64,000 nucleotides of DNA from Candidatus Omnitrophota bacterium (GTDB lineage Bacteria; Omnitrophota; Gorgyraeia; Gygaellales; Profunditerraquicolaceae): positions 222,855 through 286,854 of the forward strand of contig JBAZJY010000002.1 in assembly GCA_041651115.1 (NCBI GenBank), in the 5' to 3' direction. Each line of letters opens with the position of its first letter. Positions within the stretch are counted from its first letter, which is position 1. The position numbers and the translations under genes were made by a program. This document shows, piece after piece, positions 30,609-38,834 of the stretch. The notes under the pieces were generated by a model. It saw nothing but the letters and a program-made list of their open reading frames with translations. It ran no database searches and was not told the DNA's origin.

Positions 30609-32632
30609 TGAAACCATACAAAAGGGGAGAGATTCTGATCAACAGCAGGTTGCGGGGAGCTGTCCTAAAAGATGCTGATTTTCGCGAAGCGCGGCTGATT
30701 ACGGTTGATCTGAAAAACGCCGTGCTTGACAATGCGGTTATGGAAAACGCCAAGCTTCTGCGGGTAGATATGGATAATGCTTCGCTGGCAAGCGTTAATC
30801 TGGAGGCCGCAGAATTTTACGGGGTAAGTATGCGCAGCGCGAATTTACGCAGCGCGAATTTGAACAACATAAAGTCGCGGGGGACGAACCTGGAAAGGGC
30901 CGATCTCTCTGGTGCTTCTGCCCGGAAAGCCGACCTTAAAGGGGTTATACTACGTTCCGCCTGCCTTAACGGAATCAACGCTCATGGGGCGAATTTTTCC
31001 GGAGGAAATTTATCGGAAGCAACCATAAAAAAGGCAGATCTGACAGGATGTGATTTTTCCGGGGCAGACCTGTCTGACGCTGACCTGACCGGCGCAATTG
31101 TGGCAGGAGCAGATTTTTCCGGGGCGAATCTCTCGGACGCGGTGATTAAAGGCGTTGATTTCAGGAAAGCGAAAGTAGAAGGGGCAATATTCTTCCGCGC
31201 CTTATGGTTGACGCAGGAGCAGGCGCAATACCTGGAGGCAAATAACAGCCTGGTTTTTACCCCGTTCAAAAGAAAATGGGACAGGGCCGTGCAAAGCATT
31301 GCTGCCAGCCGCCGGCTGCAGGCACTTTTGTTGATTCTTGCGATTGCATTTGTCTGGCTTAATATTTCCTATTTTTCCGATCCACGGCATAGAAACAGTG
31401 ATGTTGTTCGGAAGATGGCGCAAAAAAAGCGCGCGCAAGGTAAACTCAAGAAAGCAAAGGAGCTATATGGAATATTAGCTGAACGTAATATTATCAGCGA
31501 AGCAGACGATCCTTTTCCTCAATTTGAGATCGCCGCGATATGCCGGCAAGAAGGCGATTTTAAGGCAGCATTAGCCGTATTAAAAAGCCTTTTACAGCTG
31601 CCGGACCTGTCTGTTTATTCTCTTTCTTGTATATATGGAGAGTTGGGGCAGACTTACCGCGAAATGAATGACCTGGAACAGGCCAGAAAAGCATTTCAAC
31701 TTTGTATTGAAAAGGATTCCACCGACCAGGACAGGCTATACTGGGCAAAGGTGAGCTTAGCAGATATATTGCGCCAGGAAAACAAGCGGGAAGAGGCAAT
31801 CAAAGGATACGAGGCTATTATTAATGAATACAAGGGTTCAAGCCCGAAAGTCGGCAGCGCCTATGCTTCTATCGGACATATTTATCGTGAATTAAATAAA
31901 TCCGATCAAGCCAAAAAAGCATTTCAGACCAGCCTCGAGAATGATCTTACTAACCGCGAACAGGTATATTGGGTAAAGATGAGCTTAGCGGATATATTGC
32001 GCCAGGAAAACAAGCGGGAAGAGGCAATCAAAGGATACGAGGCTATTATTAATGAATATAAAGAATCCCGCGACAAGGCAGCCAATACTTATGCTGCTGT
32101 GGGCCATACTTACCTTGAATTAAGCGAGCTTGAACAAGCAAGAAAAGCATTTCAACTCAGCCTTGAAAAAGACCCCATCGGCGCTGCTGATCCGGAGCGG
32201 GTATACTGGGTAAAGATGAGCCTGGCCGATATCCTGCGCCAGGAAAATAAATACCCGGAAGCAGCTAAGGCGTATGAAAATATCATCAATGAATACAAAG
32301 AATCAAATTCGAAGGCCAGTAATGCTTATTCTGCTATTGGCTACATATATCGGGAAACGAATAATCCCGATCAAGCTAAAAAAGCATTCCAGCTCAGCCT
32401 TGAGAAGGATACCACTGATCCGGAGCGCACATATTGGGCAAAGATGAGCCTGGTTGATATTATGCGTCAGCAAGGCGCGCATGATGAGGCGCTTAAGGCA
32501 TACGAAAAATTGCTTGATGAATATAAAGATTCGCAGGATAAGGTCTCTCATATTTATACGAACATTGCCCAGGCATACCGGGAAATGGGCAGAGAAGCAG
32601 ACGCGGAAGCGATCATGGAAAAACACGGTTAG
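30608..32632 (+). CDS. Pentapeptide-repeat / single-TM / TPR-repeat protein with near-identical internal repeats
   Basis: About 200 aa of pentapeptide repeats (ADLSGA, ANLSDA...), then a TM helix (LQALLLILAIAFVWL), then five 68-aa repeats of type YWAKVSLADILRQENKREEAIKGYEAIINEYK. Two copies are about 95% identical at the DNA level. Confidence 0.7.
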   Translation: MKPYKRGEILINSRLRGAVLKDADFREARLITVDLKNAVLDNAVMENAKLLRVDMDNASLASVNLEAAEFYGVSMRSANLRSANLNNIKSRGTNLERADLSGASARKADLKGVILRSACLNGINAHGANFSGGNLSEATIKKADLTGCDFSGADLSDADLTGAIVAGADFSGANLSDAVIKGVDFRKAKVEGAIFFRALWLTQEQAQYLEANNSLVFTPFKRKWDRAVQSIAASRRLQALLLILAIAFVWLNISYFSDPRHRNSDVVRKMAQKKRAQGKLKKAKELYGILAERNIISEADDPFPQFEIAAICRQEGDFKAALAVLKSLLQLPDLSVYSLSCIYGELGQTYREMNDLEQARKAFQLCIEKDSTDQDRLYWAKVSLADILRQENKREEAIKGYEAIINEYKGSSPKVGSAYASIGHIYRELNKSDQAKKAFQTSLENDLTNREQVYWVKMSLADILRQENKREEAIKGYEAIINEYKESRDKAANTYAAVGHTYLELSELEQARKAFQLSLEKDPIGAADPERVYWVKMSLADILRQENKYPEAAKAYENIINEYKESNSKASNAYSAIGYIYRETNNPDQAKKAFQLSLEKDTTDPERTYWAKMSLVDIMRQQGAHDEALKAYEKLLDEYKDSQDKVSHIYTNIAQAYREMGREADAEAIMEKHG

Positions 32633-32694
32633 CGCTGCGGGCTTTACTATTATTCAATTTTTGGTATAATACACTTCAAAAGGAGATATGTAGA

Positions 32695-33261
32695 ATGGAA
32701 GCAATTTTTAAGAAAGATGTTGTTTTGAATAAAACCGCCTGCCGGGTGATCGGCGTAGGCGTATTCATGACCCTTACTGCCCTGGGCGCTTTTGTGCGCA
32801 TACCTTTACCCTTTACTCCTGTGCCGCTTACCATGCAGACAATGTTTGTGTTATTGGCAGGGGCATTTTTAGGCAGCAAACTTGGGGCTGCGTCGCAGTT
32901 AGGCTATATTTTACTTGGACTATCAGGGTTACCTATATTCACCGGCGCAGGCAGCGGGATGTTGTATATCCTGGGCCCTACCGGAGGATATTTGTTAGGT
33001 TTTGTCCTTGCCGGATTATTCATCGGCAGGGCCGTAAAATTATGCCCTGCAAGTCCGGCAGCCGTATTCGCGGTTTTTTGCCTGGCAGACCTGGTGCTGC
33101 TTATGAGCGGAGCGCTCTGGCTTAAGTTCAGCCTTGGTTTAACCATGAATAAAGCATTGTTGGCCGGAGTTGTGCCGTTTATTGCCGGCGATATAATTAA
33201 AGCATTTACCGCAACACTCATCTATTTAAAATCAAGAGAACGGATAGCCGAAGTTTTCTAA
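32695..33261 (+). CDS. bioY: Biotin transporter BioY
   Basis: 188 aa BioY family (MQTMFVLLAGAFLG...GPTGGYLLGF). Confidence 0.85.
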   Translation: MEAIFKKDVVLNKTACRVIGVGVFMTLTALGAFVRIPLPFTPVPLTMQTMFVLLAGAFLGSKLGAASQLGYILLGLSGLPIFTGAGSGMLYILGPTGGYLLGFVLAGLFIGRAVKLCPASPAAVFAVFCLADLVLLMSGALWLKFSLGLTMNKALLAGVVPFIAGDIIKAFTATLIYLKSRERIAEVF

Positions 33262-33281
33262 TCCCTCCAAAAGAGATAAAA

Positions 33282-34367
33282 ATGCGCAGATGGAAGAAGA
33301 AAATATTGTTTTTTATTCTTTACTGCGTTTTTTTGCTTGTCTGCTGCGAAGCGGCAATACGATTGCTGATCTACGTGGATAGCCCTTTTAAGAAAAGATT
33401 GCTTTTTCTCGATAGTAATGACTCTTCGCGCCGGCTGCGTTTCATAGAAAGGCGGACAAGATACGGCAGGCCGGAACGCAGTTATAATAAGTATGACCCT
33501 CTCAGGGGATGGGCATTAAGGCCTGATCTTAGGGGTTTGGTTGTGTCGTACACAGAAGTGATTAATACTAATTCAAAAGGCATTAGGGGTATTGTTGAAT
33601 ATGACTACGAAAAGCCGGAAGGCAAAAAGCGGATACTGGTATTGGGGGATTCGTTTACCTTCGGCGTAGGAGTGAAGGATAATGAAACCTATCCCTATTT
33701 TTTGCAGGAAATGCTCCCCGGTGCCGAAGTGATAAATTTCGGCGTACCCGGTTATGGCCATGACCAGATGTTGATATATTTAAAGGAAGAAGGGATAAAA
33801 TACAAGCCCGATATAGTTATTTTGGGGTTTTTAACCGGAGATATGCCGCGGAATATATGGGCTTTTATAGATTACGCAAAGCCCAATTTTAAAGTCATTA
33901 ACGGCAGATTAACCCTGATGAATTCTCCGGTGCCATCAGTTGAAGTAATGTTAAAAAAAGAATTTTATAGGCTGAAAGTGCTGGATATATTGAATGCGAT
34001 ATATAAAGAATCAAGATGGAAAAGGGGCTTGGACGCCGATGAAATGTATAAGGTCACGCAGGCGATGCTGGTAGAGATGGTTAAAACAATCAAAGCTATG
34101 GGCGCTCTGCCCGTATTTGTCTATCTGCCTGATGGGTTAGATACAGAAGATGAAACCCGTGATGATTTCTTTTCAACATTCTGTTTATCGCAGAAAGTGG
34201 ATTGCTTAAGCCTGCGGAGCGTTTTTAATGAGCGCCTGGGCAAGGGAGAGACCTTGCGCGCAGGGCCAGGCAGCCATTATAGCATCTGGGGAAATCAGGT
34301 CATAGCCGGTGAGATCAAGGGTTATTTGGCTGAAAAGACTTTGCTTGACAACCCGGCAGGGCTATGA
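33282..34367 (+). CDS. Membrane-anchored SGNH/GDSL-like protein (paralog of the 25092..26138 gene)
   Basis: ILVLGDSFTFGVG...GVPGYGHDQMLIYLKEE, the same architecture as the 25092 gene. Confidence 0.55.
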   Translation: MRRWKKKILFFILYCVFLLVCCEAAIRLLIYVDSPFKKRLLFLDSNDSSRRLRFIERRTRYGRPERSYNKYDPLRGWALRPDLRGLVVSYTEVINTNSKGIRGIVEYDYEKPEGKKRILVLGDSFTFGVGVKDNETYPYFLQEMLPGAEVINFGVPGYGHDQMLIYLKEEGIKYKPDIVILGFLTGDMPRNIWAFIDYAKPNFKVINGRLTLMNSPVPSVEVMLKKEFYRLKVLDILNAIYKESRWKRGLDADEMYKVTQAMLVEMVKTIKAMGALPVFVYLPDGLDTEDETRDDFFSTFCLSQKVDCLSLRSVFNERLGKGETLRAGPGSHYSIWGNQVIAGEIKGYLAEKTLLDNPAGL

Positions 34368-34394
34368 TAGATTTGTCTAAAAGGAGGCAAAAAA

Positions 34395-34892
34395 ATGAAG
34401 CCTATGAGGTTTTTTGTCTTTTTAGCAGTGATCTTATCACTGGTTGTATTTGCCGCAGGAACGGGGTTTGCCGAAGATAATGCTCCGGCTGAAGCCGCGC
34501 CTGTCCAGGAAACCGTTCAAGCTCCGGTATCCGAGGCAATGCCGATCAAGCCTATGGGCGCAGAAACTGCCGTTTCTCCTGCCGCGGTTGAATTTGAGAC
34601 TCAATGGGTATGGGGCGAGGTCATTTCTTTAGACCCCCAGAATAACCAGCTGGCGATCAACTATTTTGATTATGAAACGGACATGGAAAAAGAATTAAAA
34701 CTGGCCGTAGACGATAAGACCAAATACGAAAATACCAATGCGCTCGCTGACCTGAAGCTCCATGATACTATCAGTGTGGATTATATTTTAACCAGCGACG
34801 GGAGATATACCGTGCGTAATATCAGCGTGGAAAAACCCGAAGAATCGGTTGTTGCTACAGAAGAAACAACAGCCATGCCGGTAACGCCGTAA
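34395..34892 (+). CDS. Secreted hypothetical protein
   Basis: Signal peptide and an acidic, Ala/Pro-rich N-terminus. No recognisable domain. Confidence 0.4.
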   Translation: MKPMRFFVFLAVILSLVVFAAGTGFAEDNAPAEAAPVQETVQAPVSEAMPIKPMGAETAVSPAAVEFETQWVWGEVISLDPQNNQLAINYFDYETDMEKELKLAVDDKTKYENTNALADLKLHDTISVDYILTSDGRYTVRNISVEKPEESVVATEETTAMPVTP

Positions 34893-34920
34893 TTACTCAA
34901 AGGCCGGTTTATTAAATCTA

Positions 34921-34955
34921 AAAAAGGCAGGGAAAATAACCCCTGCCTTTTTCTT
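34921..34955 (+). terminator. Rho-independent terminator
   Basis: AAAAAGGCAGGGaaaataaCCCCTGCCTTTTTCTT hairpin with a T-run. Confidence 0.6.
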
Positions 34956-34979
34956 AAATGGGGGCCCGGACTGAAAAAT

Positions 34980-35609
34980 ATAAAACTTGTTATTTTTGAT
35001 TTAGACGGCACGCTGGTTGACGCCTATGAAGCGATAAGCCGCAGCTTTAATTTTACGATGGAAAAATGCGGCTATGACAGGCAGCCTCCGGTAACTATAC
35101 GCAGGGCAGTAGGCTGGGGCGACCGTAACCTTCTTAAGCCCTTTGTGAAAAAATCCGATTTGGATAAGGCGTTGGCAATATACCGCAGGCATCATAGAGA
35201 AGCGCTGCTTAAGCATTGTCGGATACTCAAGACTGGCCGCGCAATCCTCTCCTACCTGAAAGATAGGGGTTATCTATTGGCAGTTGCCAGTAACCGGCCT
35301 ACGGTTTTTTCGCGGCTAATAATCAAACAGCTTAAGCTGGGAAAATATTTTTCCTATATGCTTTGCGGAGATAAATTAAAAAAAGGCAAGCCGCACCCGG
35401 AGATACTACAAAAGATCATGCAGCGGCTTAAAGCAGGGCCGCAACAAACGCTTTATGTAGGCGATATGCCCATAGATGCTCAGGCAGCAAGGCGGGCAGG
35501 GGTAAAGTCTGTTGTTGTTGCCACCGGCTCAGCGTCAATAAGGCAGTTACGGCTGGAAAAGCCCTATTTAGTGTTAAGGGACCTCCGTGGTTTAAAAGCG
35601 ATATTATAA
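34980..35609 (+). CDS. HAD-family phosphatase (phosphoglycolate phosphatase-like), start uncertain
   Basis: HAD motif I KLVIFDLDGTLVD lies upstream of the first ATG at 35058. Motif II (VASNRP), the motif III lysine and motif IV (VGDMPIDAQAARRAG) are present. A non-ATG start upstream is likely. Confidence 0.6.
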   Translation: MKLVIFDLDGTLVDAYEAISRSFNFTMEKCGYDRQPPVTIRRAVGWGDRNLLKPFVKKSDLDKALAIYRRHHREALLKHCRILKTGRAILSYLKDRGYLLAVASNRPTVFSRLIIKQLKLGKYFSYMLCGDKLKKGKPHPEILQKIMQRLKAGPQQTLYVGDMPIDAQAARRAGVKSVVVATGSASIRQLRLEKPYLVLRDLRGLKAIL

Positions 35610-35671
35610 ATACGCTTGACCGGCATATCTTTGTATTATAAAATGAATGAAAATCAGGCGGGAAAGCCGGG

Positions 35672-36265
35672 ATGAAAGAGAGGTTTTTGATGAGAAAACT
35701 GATAGTTATTATTTTTGCACTGTTTTTATCCGTTAGCCTATGTTATGCAGAGAGCGCAAAACCCAAGATCGTCCTGCTTATTTCAGAACAGAACATTGAG
35801 GGGCCGCAAAAAGCATGGTGGGCAAGTGAAATTGATCTGTCTACAACCGAAGCATCCATAGCCTCCAGGCTTATTTCTACAGGATACGAGGTGATCGAGC
35901 CATCCAGCCTGACAAAGATAATCCAACAGAAGCCGGCATTCCGCATGGTTAACCTGTCGGAAGGCGATTCCATAAAGTTAGCCAGCCTTTCAAAGGCGGA
36001 TTATGTTGTTTTAGGCAAGGCCGTTGCTTCTACCGGCGGTAACGTGCCGCAGTCAGCCATGCTTTCCTGTTTTGCCAATATCACAGCCAAGCTGATCAGC
36101 GTTAAAGACGGCAAAGTCATAGATTACCTGGATGCTTCCGGCAATTCCGTGCATATGGACGCGATTACCGGCGGCAGGGAGGCTTTAGCAAGCGCCGCGG
36201 GGAATTTAGCAGCTAAGTTAATAAATACTTTGAGAAGCAGGGAGGAGGTAAAACAGGAAAAATGA
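35672..36265 (+). CDS. Secreted protein, CsgG/LpoB-like fold
   Basis: Signal peptide. KIVLLISEQN...ADYVVLGKAVAS pattern resembles the CsgG-family N-region. Confidence 0.4.
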   Translation: MKERFLMRKLIVIIFALFLSVSLCYAESAKPKIVLLISEQNIEGPQKAWWASEIDLSTTEASIASRLISTGYEVIEPSSLTKIIQQKPAFRMVNLSEGDSIKLASLSKADYVVLGKAVASTGGNVPQSAMLSCFANITAKLISVKDGKVIDYLDASGNSVHMDAITGGREALASAAGNLAAKLINTLRSREEVKQEK

Positions 36266-37011
36266 AAAAACTATTTTTAATTTTTATCATAGGATTAGTT
36301 GGGGTAAGCTTATCCGGCTGCGCGAGCCTGCAGCAAATGACACAGCCGACAGCGCAGGTTGATAATAGCGCCGGCGCAGCGCCTCTTCCGCCGTATTCCG
36401 GGCCAAAGGCGCGCGTTGCCGTAGCTGATTTTGACGTTAAAGCAGCCAAAGCCAGTAATCAGATCGGCTCAGGCTTGCGTGAAATGCTGGTTACCGCGCT
36501 GGTAAACAGCAGCCGTTTCTCCGTACTGGAAAGACAGCAGTTAAAAGCGCTGATGCAGGAACAGGAATTATCGGTTTCCGGAGCGGCACAGCAGGGAGCA
36601 GGCGGCCCGCAACGCGGCCAGATCAGGACCGCGGAATTAATCATTACCGCGGCAGTTACGGAATTTGAACCGCAGGCATCCGGAGGTTCAGCAGGCATTG
36701 GCGGCGGCGGCGGAATCGGCAGCGGCATACTAGGCGGCCTTTTAGGCGGCTCGTTAAACAAGGCGCATATGGCACTGGATATCCGCATTGTTGATGCTTC
36801 AACATCCGAAGTCTTGTCGGCAACGCGCGTGCAGGGCCAGGCAACAGATATCGCAGGCGGCGCATTAGCAGGTTTTTTCGGCAGCTGGGGCCTAGGCGCC
36901 GGATTGTCAGGTTACGCAAATACTCCGATGGAGAAAGCGATCAGGATTTGCATTATTGAAGCCGTGCGCTATATCGCGCAGACGATCCCGGCGAATTATT
37001 ATAAATATTAA
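36262..37011 (+). CDS. CsgG-family lipoprotein (curli-transport-like)
   Basis: Lipobox LSGC. RVAVADFDVK...LREMLVTALVNSSRFSVLERQQLKALMQEQEL...AELIITAAVTEF is a CsgG signature, with a Gly-rich loop. Confidence 0.6.
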   Translation: MKKLFLIFIIGLVGVSLSGCASLQQMTQPTAQVDNSAGAAPLPPYSGPKARVAVADFDVKAAKASNQIGSGLREMLVTALVNSSRFSVLERQQLKALMQEQELSVSGAAQQGAGGPQRGQIRTAELIITAAVTEFEPQASGGSAGIGGGGGIGSGILGGLLGGSLNKAHMALDIRIVDASTSEVLSATRVQGQATDIAGGALAGFFGSWGLGAGLSGYANTPMEKAIRICIIEAVRYIAQTIPANYYKY

Positions 37012-37037
37012 CTGAGTAATTAATAAAGGAGCTATTA

Positions 37038-37118
37038 ATGGGCAAGCGTAAAAGAAGAGGCAAGCTTAACTGGCGTTCAAAGAAAGCCAATAAAGGCAAG
37101 AAGCCCAACCTGGGTTAA
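37038..37118 (+). CDS. Ribosomal protein bTHX-like small basic peptide
   Basis: 26-aa ORF MGKRKRRGKLNWRSKKANKGKKPNLG with an AAGGAG RBS. Resembles Thermus THX (GKGDRRTRRGKIWRG...). Missed by the ORF track because of its size. Confidence 0.55.
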   Translation: MGKRKRRGKLNWRSKKANKGKKPNLG

Positions 37119-37122
37119 GTAA

Positions 37123-37842
37123 ATGGAGATCAGGGTAAGGGCCAGCGATAATATAATCATTCTGGATATTTCCGGCCAGATCGACGTGAATTCGGCGAAT
37201 TTAGTGGAAACTATCGGCCAATGTATCCGCGACGGATATTCCGACATCCTCTGTAATTTTGAAGAAGTCAGTTCCATTGATTATATGGGTTTGTCGGTGA
37301 TCGCTATTGCCTATAAAGAAGTGCTTAATAACGAAGGCCGGATGAAATTCGTCAATGTGCCGGCGCACCTCAAGAACCTGCTTTCCGTTACCGGCTTAAA
37401 CCGCACCATTGAGTCCTACGCTACCGAAGAAATGGCAATAAACAGCTTCCGGGAAGACAAGGCCATTGAGAACATTAAGAAGATGCAGCTTAGGCGCAGG
37501 TTCAAGCGCCTGCCGGTTGACCTTAAGGCAGAGGTCAGGCTTAAATACGGCGGACTGGTTTGTTCCGATATTGAGATCCTGAATTTAAGCGCTGTCGGTG
37601 CCTACATCTTTGGCTGCGATAAATTTAAGCTCGGCGACGAAGTTATCCTGAAGTTTAATATTCCCCCCAAGGCTGAAGTAATGGAGCTGGACGCGAAAGT
37701 TGTCTGGTTCTGCGACCGGCAGATCCAACCGCAACTTTACCCCGGGGTGGGAGTATCTTTTTATAATATTGAGACCAGCGTGCAGGAAAAGCTCCTTGGC
37801 TTCATTGAAAGAAACCTTTCGCTCCTTTCTCCCGAAGACTAG
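37123..37842 (+). CDS. STAS (anti-sigma-factor antagonist) - PilZ fusion protein
   Basis: N-terminal STAS domain (IIILDISGQIDVNSANLVE...LSVTGLNRTIESY). C-terminal PilZ domain with RRRFKR (RxxxR) and NLSAVGA ((D/N)xSxxG) c-di-GMP motifs. Confidence 0.7.
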   Translation: MEIRVRASDNIIILDISGQIDVNSANLVETIGQCIRDGYSDILCNFEEVSSIDYMGLSVIAIAYKEVLNNEGRMKFVNVPAHLKNLLSVTGLNRTIESYATEEMAINSFREDKAIENIKKMQLRRRFKRLPVDLKAEVRLKYGGLVCSDIEILNLSAVGAYIFGCDKFKLGDEVILKFNIPPKAEVMELDAKVVWFCDRQIQPQLYPGVGVSFYNIETSVQEKLLGFIERNLSLLSPED

Positions 37843-37862
37843 CACCCAATATATAAAAAAAC

Positions 37863-37915
37863 TTGACAAAAAGGGCAGCATAGTGTATATTAATAATGGA
37901 AACCATTTTCATTAA
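37863..37915 (+). promoter_or_regulatory. Sigma70-like promoter with overlapping operator palindrome upstream of the Fur-family gene
   Basis: TTGACA (37863-68), 17-bp spacer, TATATT (37886-91). Palindrome AATGGAAACCATT (37895-37907) lies immediately downstream of the -10. Confidence 0.55.
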
Positions 37916-37946
37916 TTCCAGTTACCGGCAGGCAGGGGGAGGATAA

Positions 37947-38420
37947 ATGCCAAGAGGCAATTGTCAGAGGCAGGGATGGTGGCACGGAAAATTCAGGGGA
38001 TGCGGATACAGGCTCACCGTAGGCAGGGAGGCCATCCTTGATATCCTTTCTGGATCAGAAGGCCACTTAAGCGCCGAAGATATCTATATGAAAGTCCATC
38101 CTAAATATCCCAATGTCGGGCTTACCACGATTTACAGGACATTAGATGTATTGTCTAATCTGGGTATGGTTTCTAAGCTTGATTTTGGGGACGGCCGGGC
38201 GCGCTACGAGTTAGCCGAAGGGCCTAAGGGCGCGCATCATCACCATCATTTAGTTTGCACAAGCTGCAATAAGGTAATTGATTATACGGACTTCATAGAT
38301 GAAGAAGTAGAACTCTTAAGGGAAACCGAAAAAGGCCTGGGTGCTAAATATAATTTCAAGATCACCAATCATATGATCCAGTTTTACGGTCTGTGCGGAA
38401 AATGCGGCGGTAAAAAATAA
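37947..38420 (+). CDS. Fur-family metalloregulator (Fur/Zur/PerR type)
   Basis: Winged-helix DNA-binding region (AEDIYMKVHPKYPNVGLTTIYRTLDVL). His-rich HHHHH metal site and two CxxC pairs (CTSCN, CGKCG). Confidence 0.8.
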   Translation: MPRGNCQRQGWWHGKFRGCGYRLTVGREAILDILSGSEGHLSAEDIYMKVHPKYPNVGLTTIYRTLDVLSNLGMVSKLDFGDGRARYELAEGPKGAHHHHHLVCTSCNKVIDYTDFIDEEVELLRETEKGLGAKYNFKITNHMIQFYGLCGKCGGKK

Positions 38421-38435
38421 CCGCTATATTTTTTT

Positions 38436-38460
38436 TCTCTTATAATGGAAATGGTTTTCA
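38436..38460 (+). promoter_or_regulatory. Second copy of the operator-like motif, overlapping a TATAAT box upstream of the DUF5320 operon
   Basis: TTATAATGGAAATGGTTTTCA shares ATAATGGAAA...TTTTCA with the site upstream of the Fur-family gene. A weak hairpin with a T-run (fur terminator) sits just upstream. Confidence 0.4.
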
Positions 38461-38480
38461 CTAACAAAAGGAGGTATGTT

Positions 38481-38816
38481 ATGCCGGGATTTGACGGAAC
38501 AGGCCCGATGGGGCAAAGCCCGATGACGGGCGGAGGAAGAGGGTATTGTGCGATAGCTTTAAAAGGCGCAGGGGTAAGGCCAATAGGCAGAGGCGGTTTT
38601 TATGGCAGAGGCAGAGGCCGCGGGTATAGAAATCGTTTTTATGCGACCGGGCTCCCGGGTTGGGTAAGGGCGCAGAAAGGTATGCAGGCATTTGGCGATT
38701 TCAGCACTGCTATGTCAAAAGATGAAGAATTGTCGATGCTTAAAGACCAGGCCGGTTATCTTAAGGGCGAGCTTGATGCTATTGAGGCGCGCATTCACGA
38801 CTTAGAAAACAAGTAA
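38481..38816 (+). CDS. DUF5320-family protein
   Basis: MPGFDGTGPMGQSPMTGGGRGYC, a Gly/Arg-rich middle region and a C-terminal coiled coil. GGAGG RBS. Confidence 0.55.
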   Translation: MPGFDGTGPMGQSPMTGGGRGYCAIALKGAGVRPIGRGGFYGRGRGRGYRNRFYATGLPGWVRAQKGMQAFGDFSTAMSKDEELSMLKDQAGYLKGELDAIEARIHDLENK

Positions 38817-38834
38817 GAAAGGAGATTGTCAAAC

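Noticed and set aside
35058-35609. ATG at 35058 as the start of the HAD phosphatase
   Set aside because: The essential HAD motif I (FDLDGTL) lies upstream of this ATG in the same frame. The true start must be an upstream, possibly non-canonical, codon.
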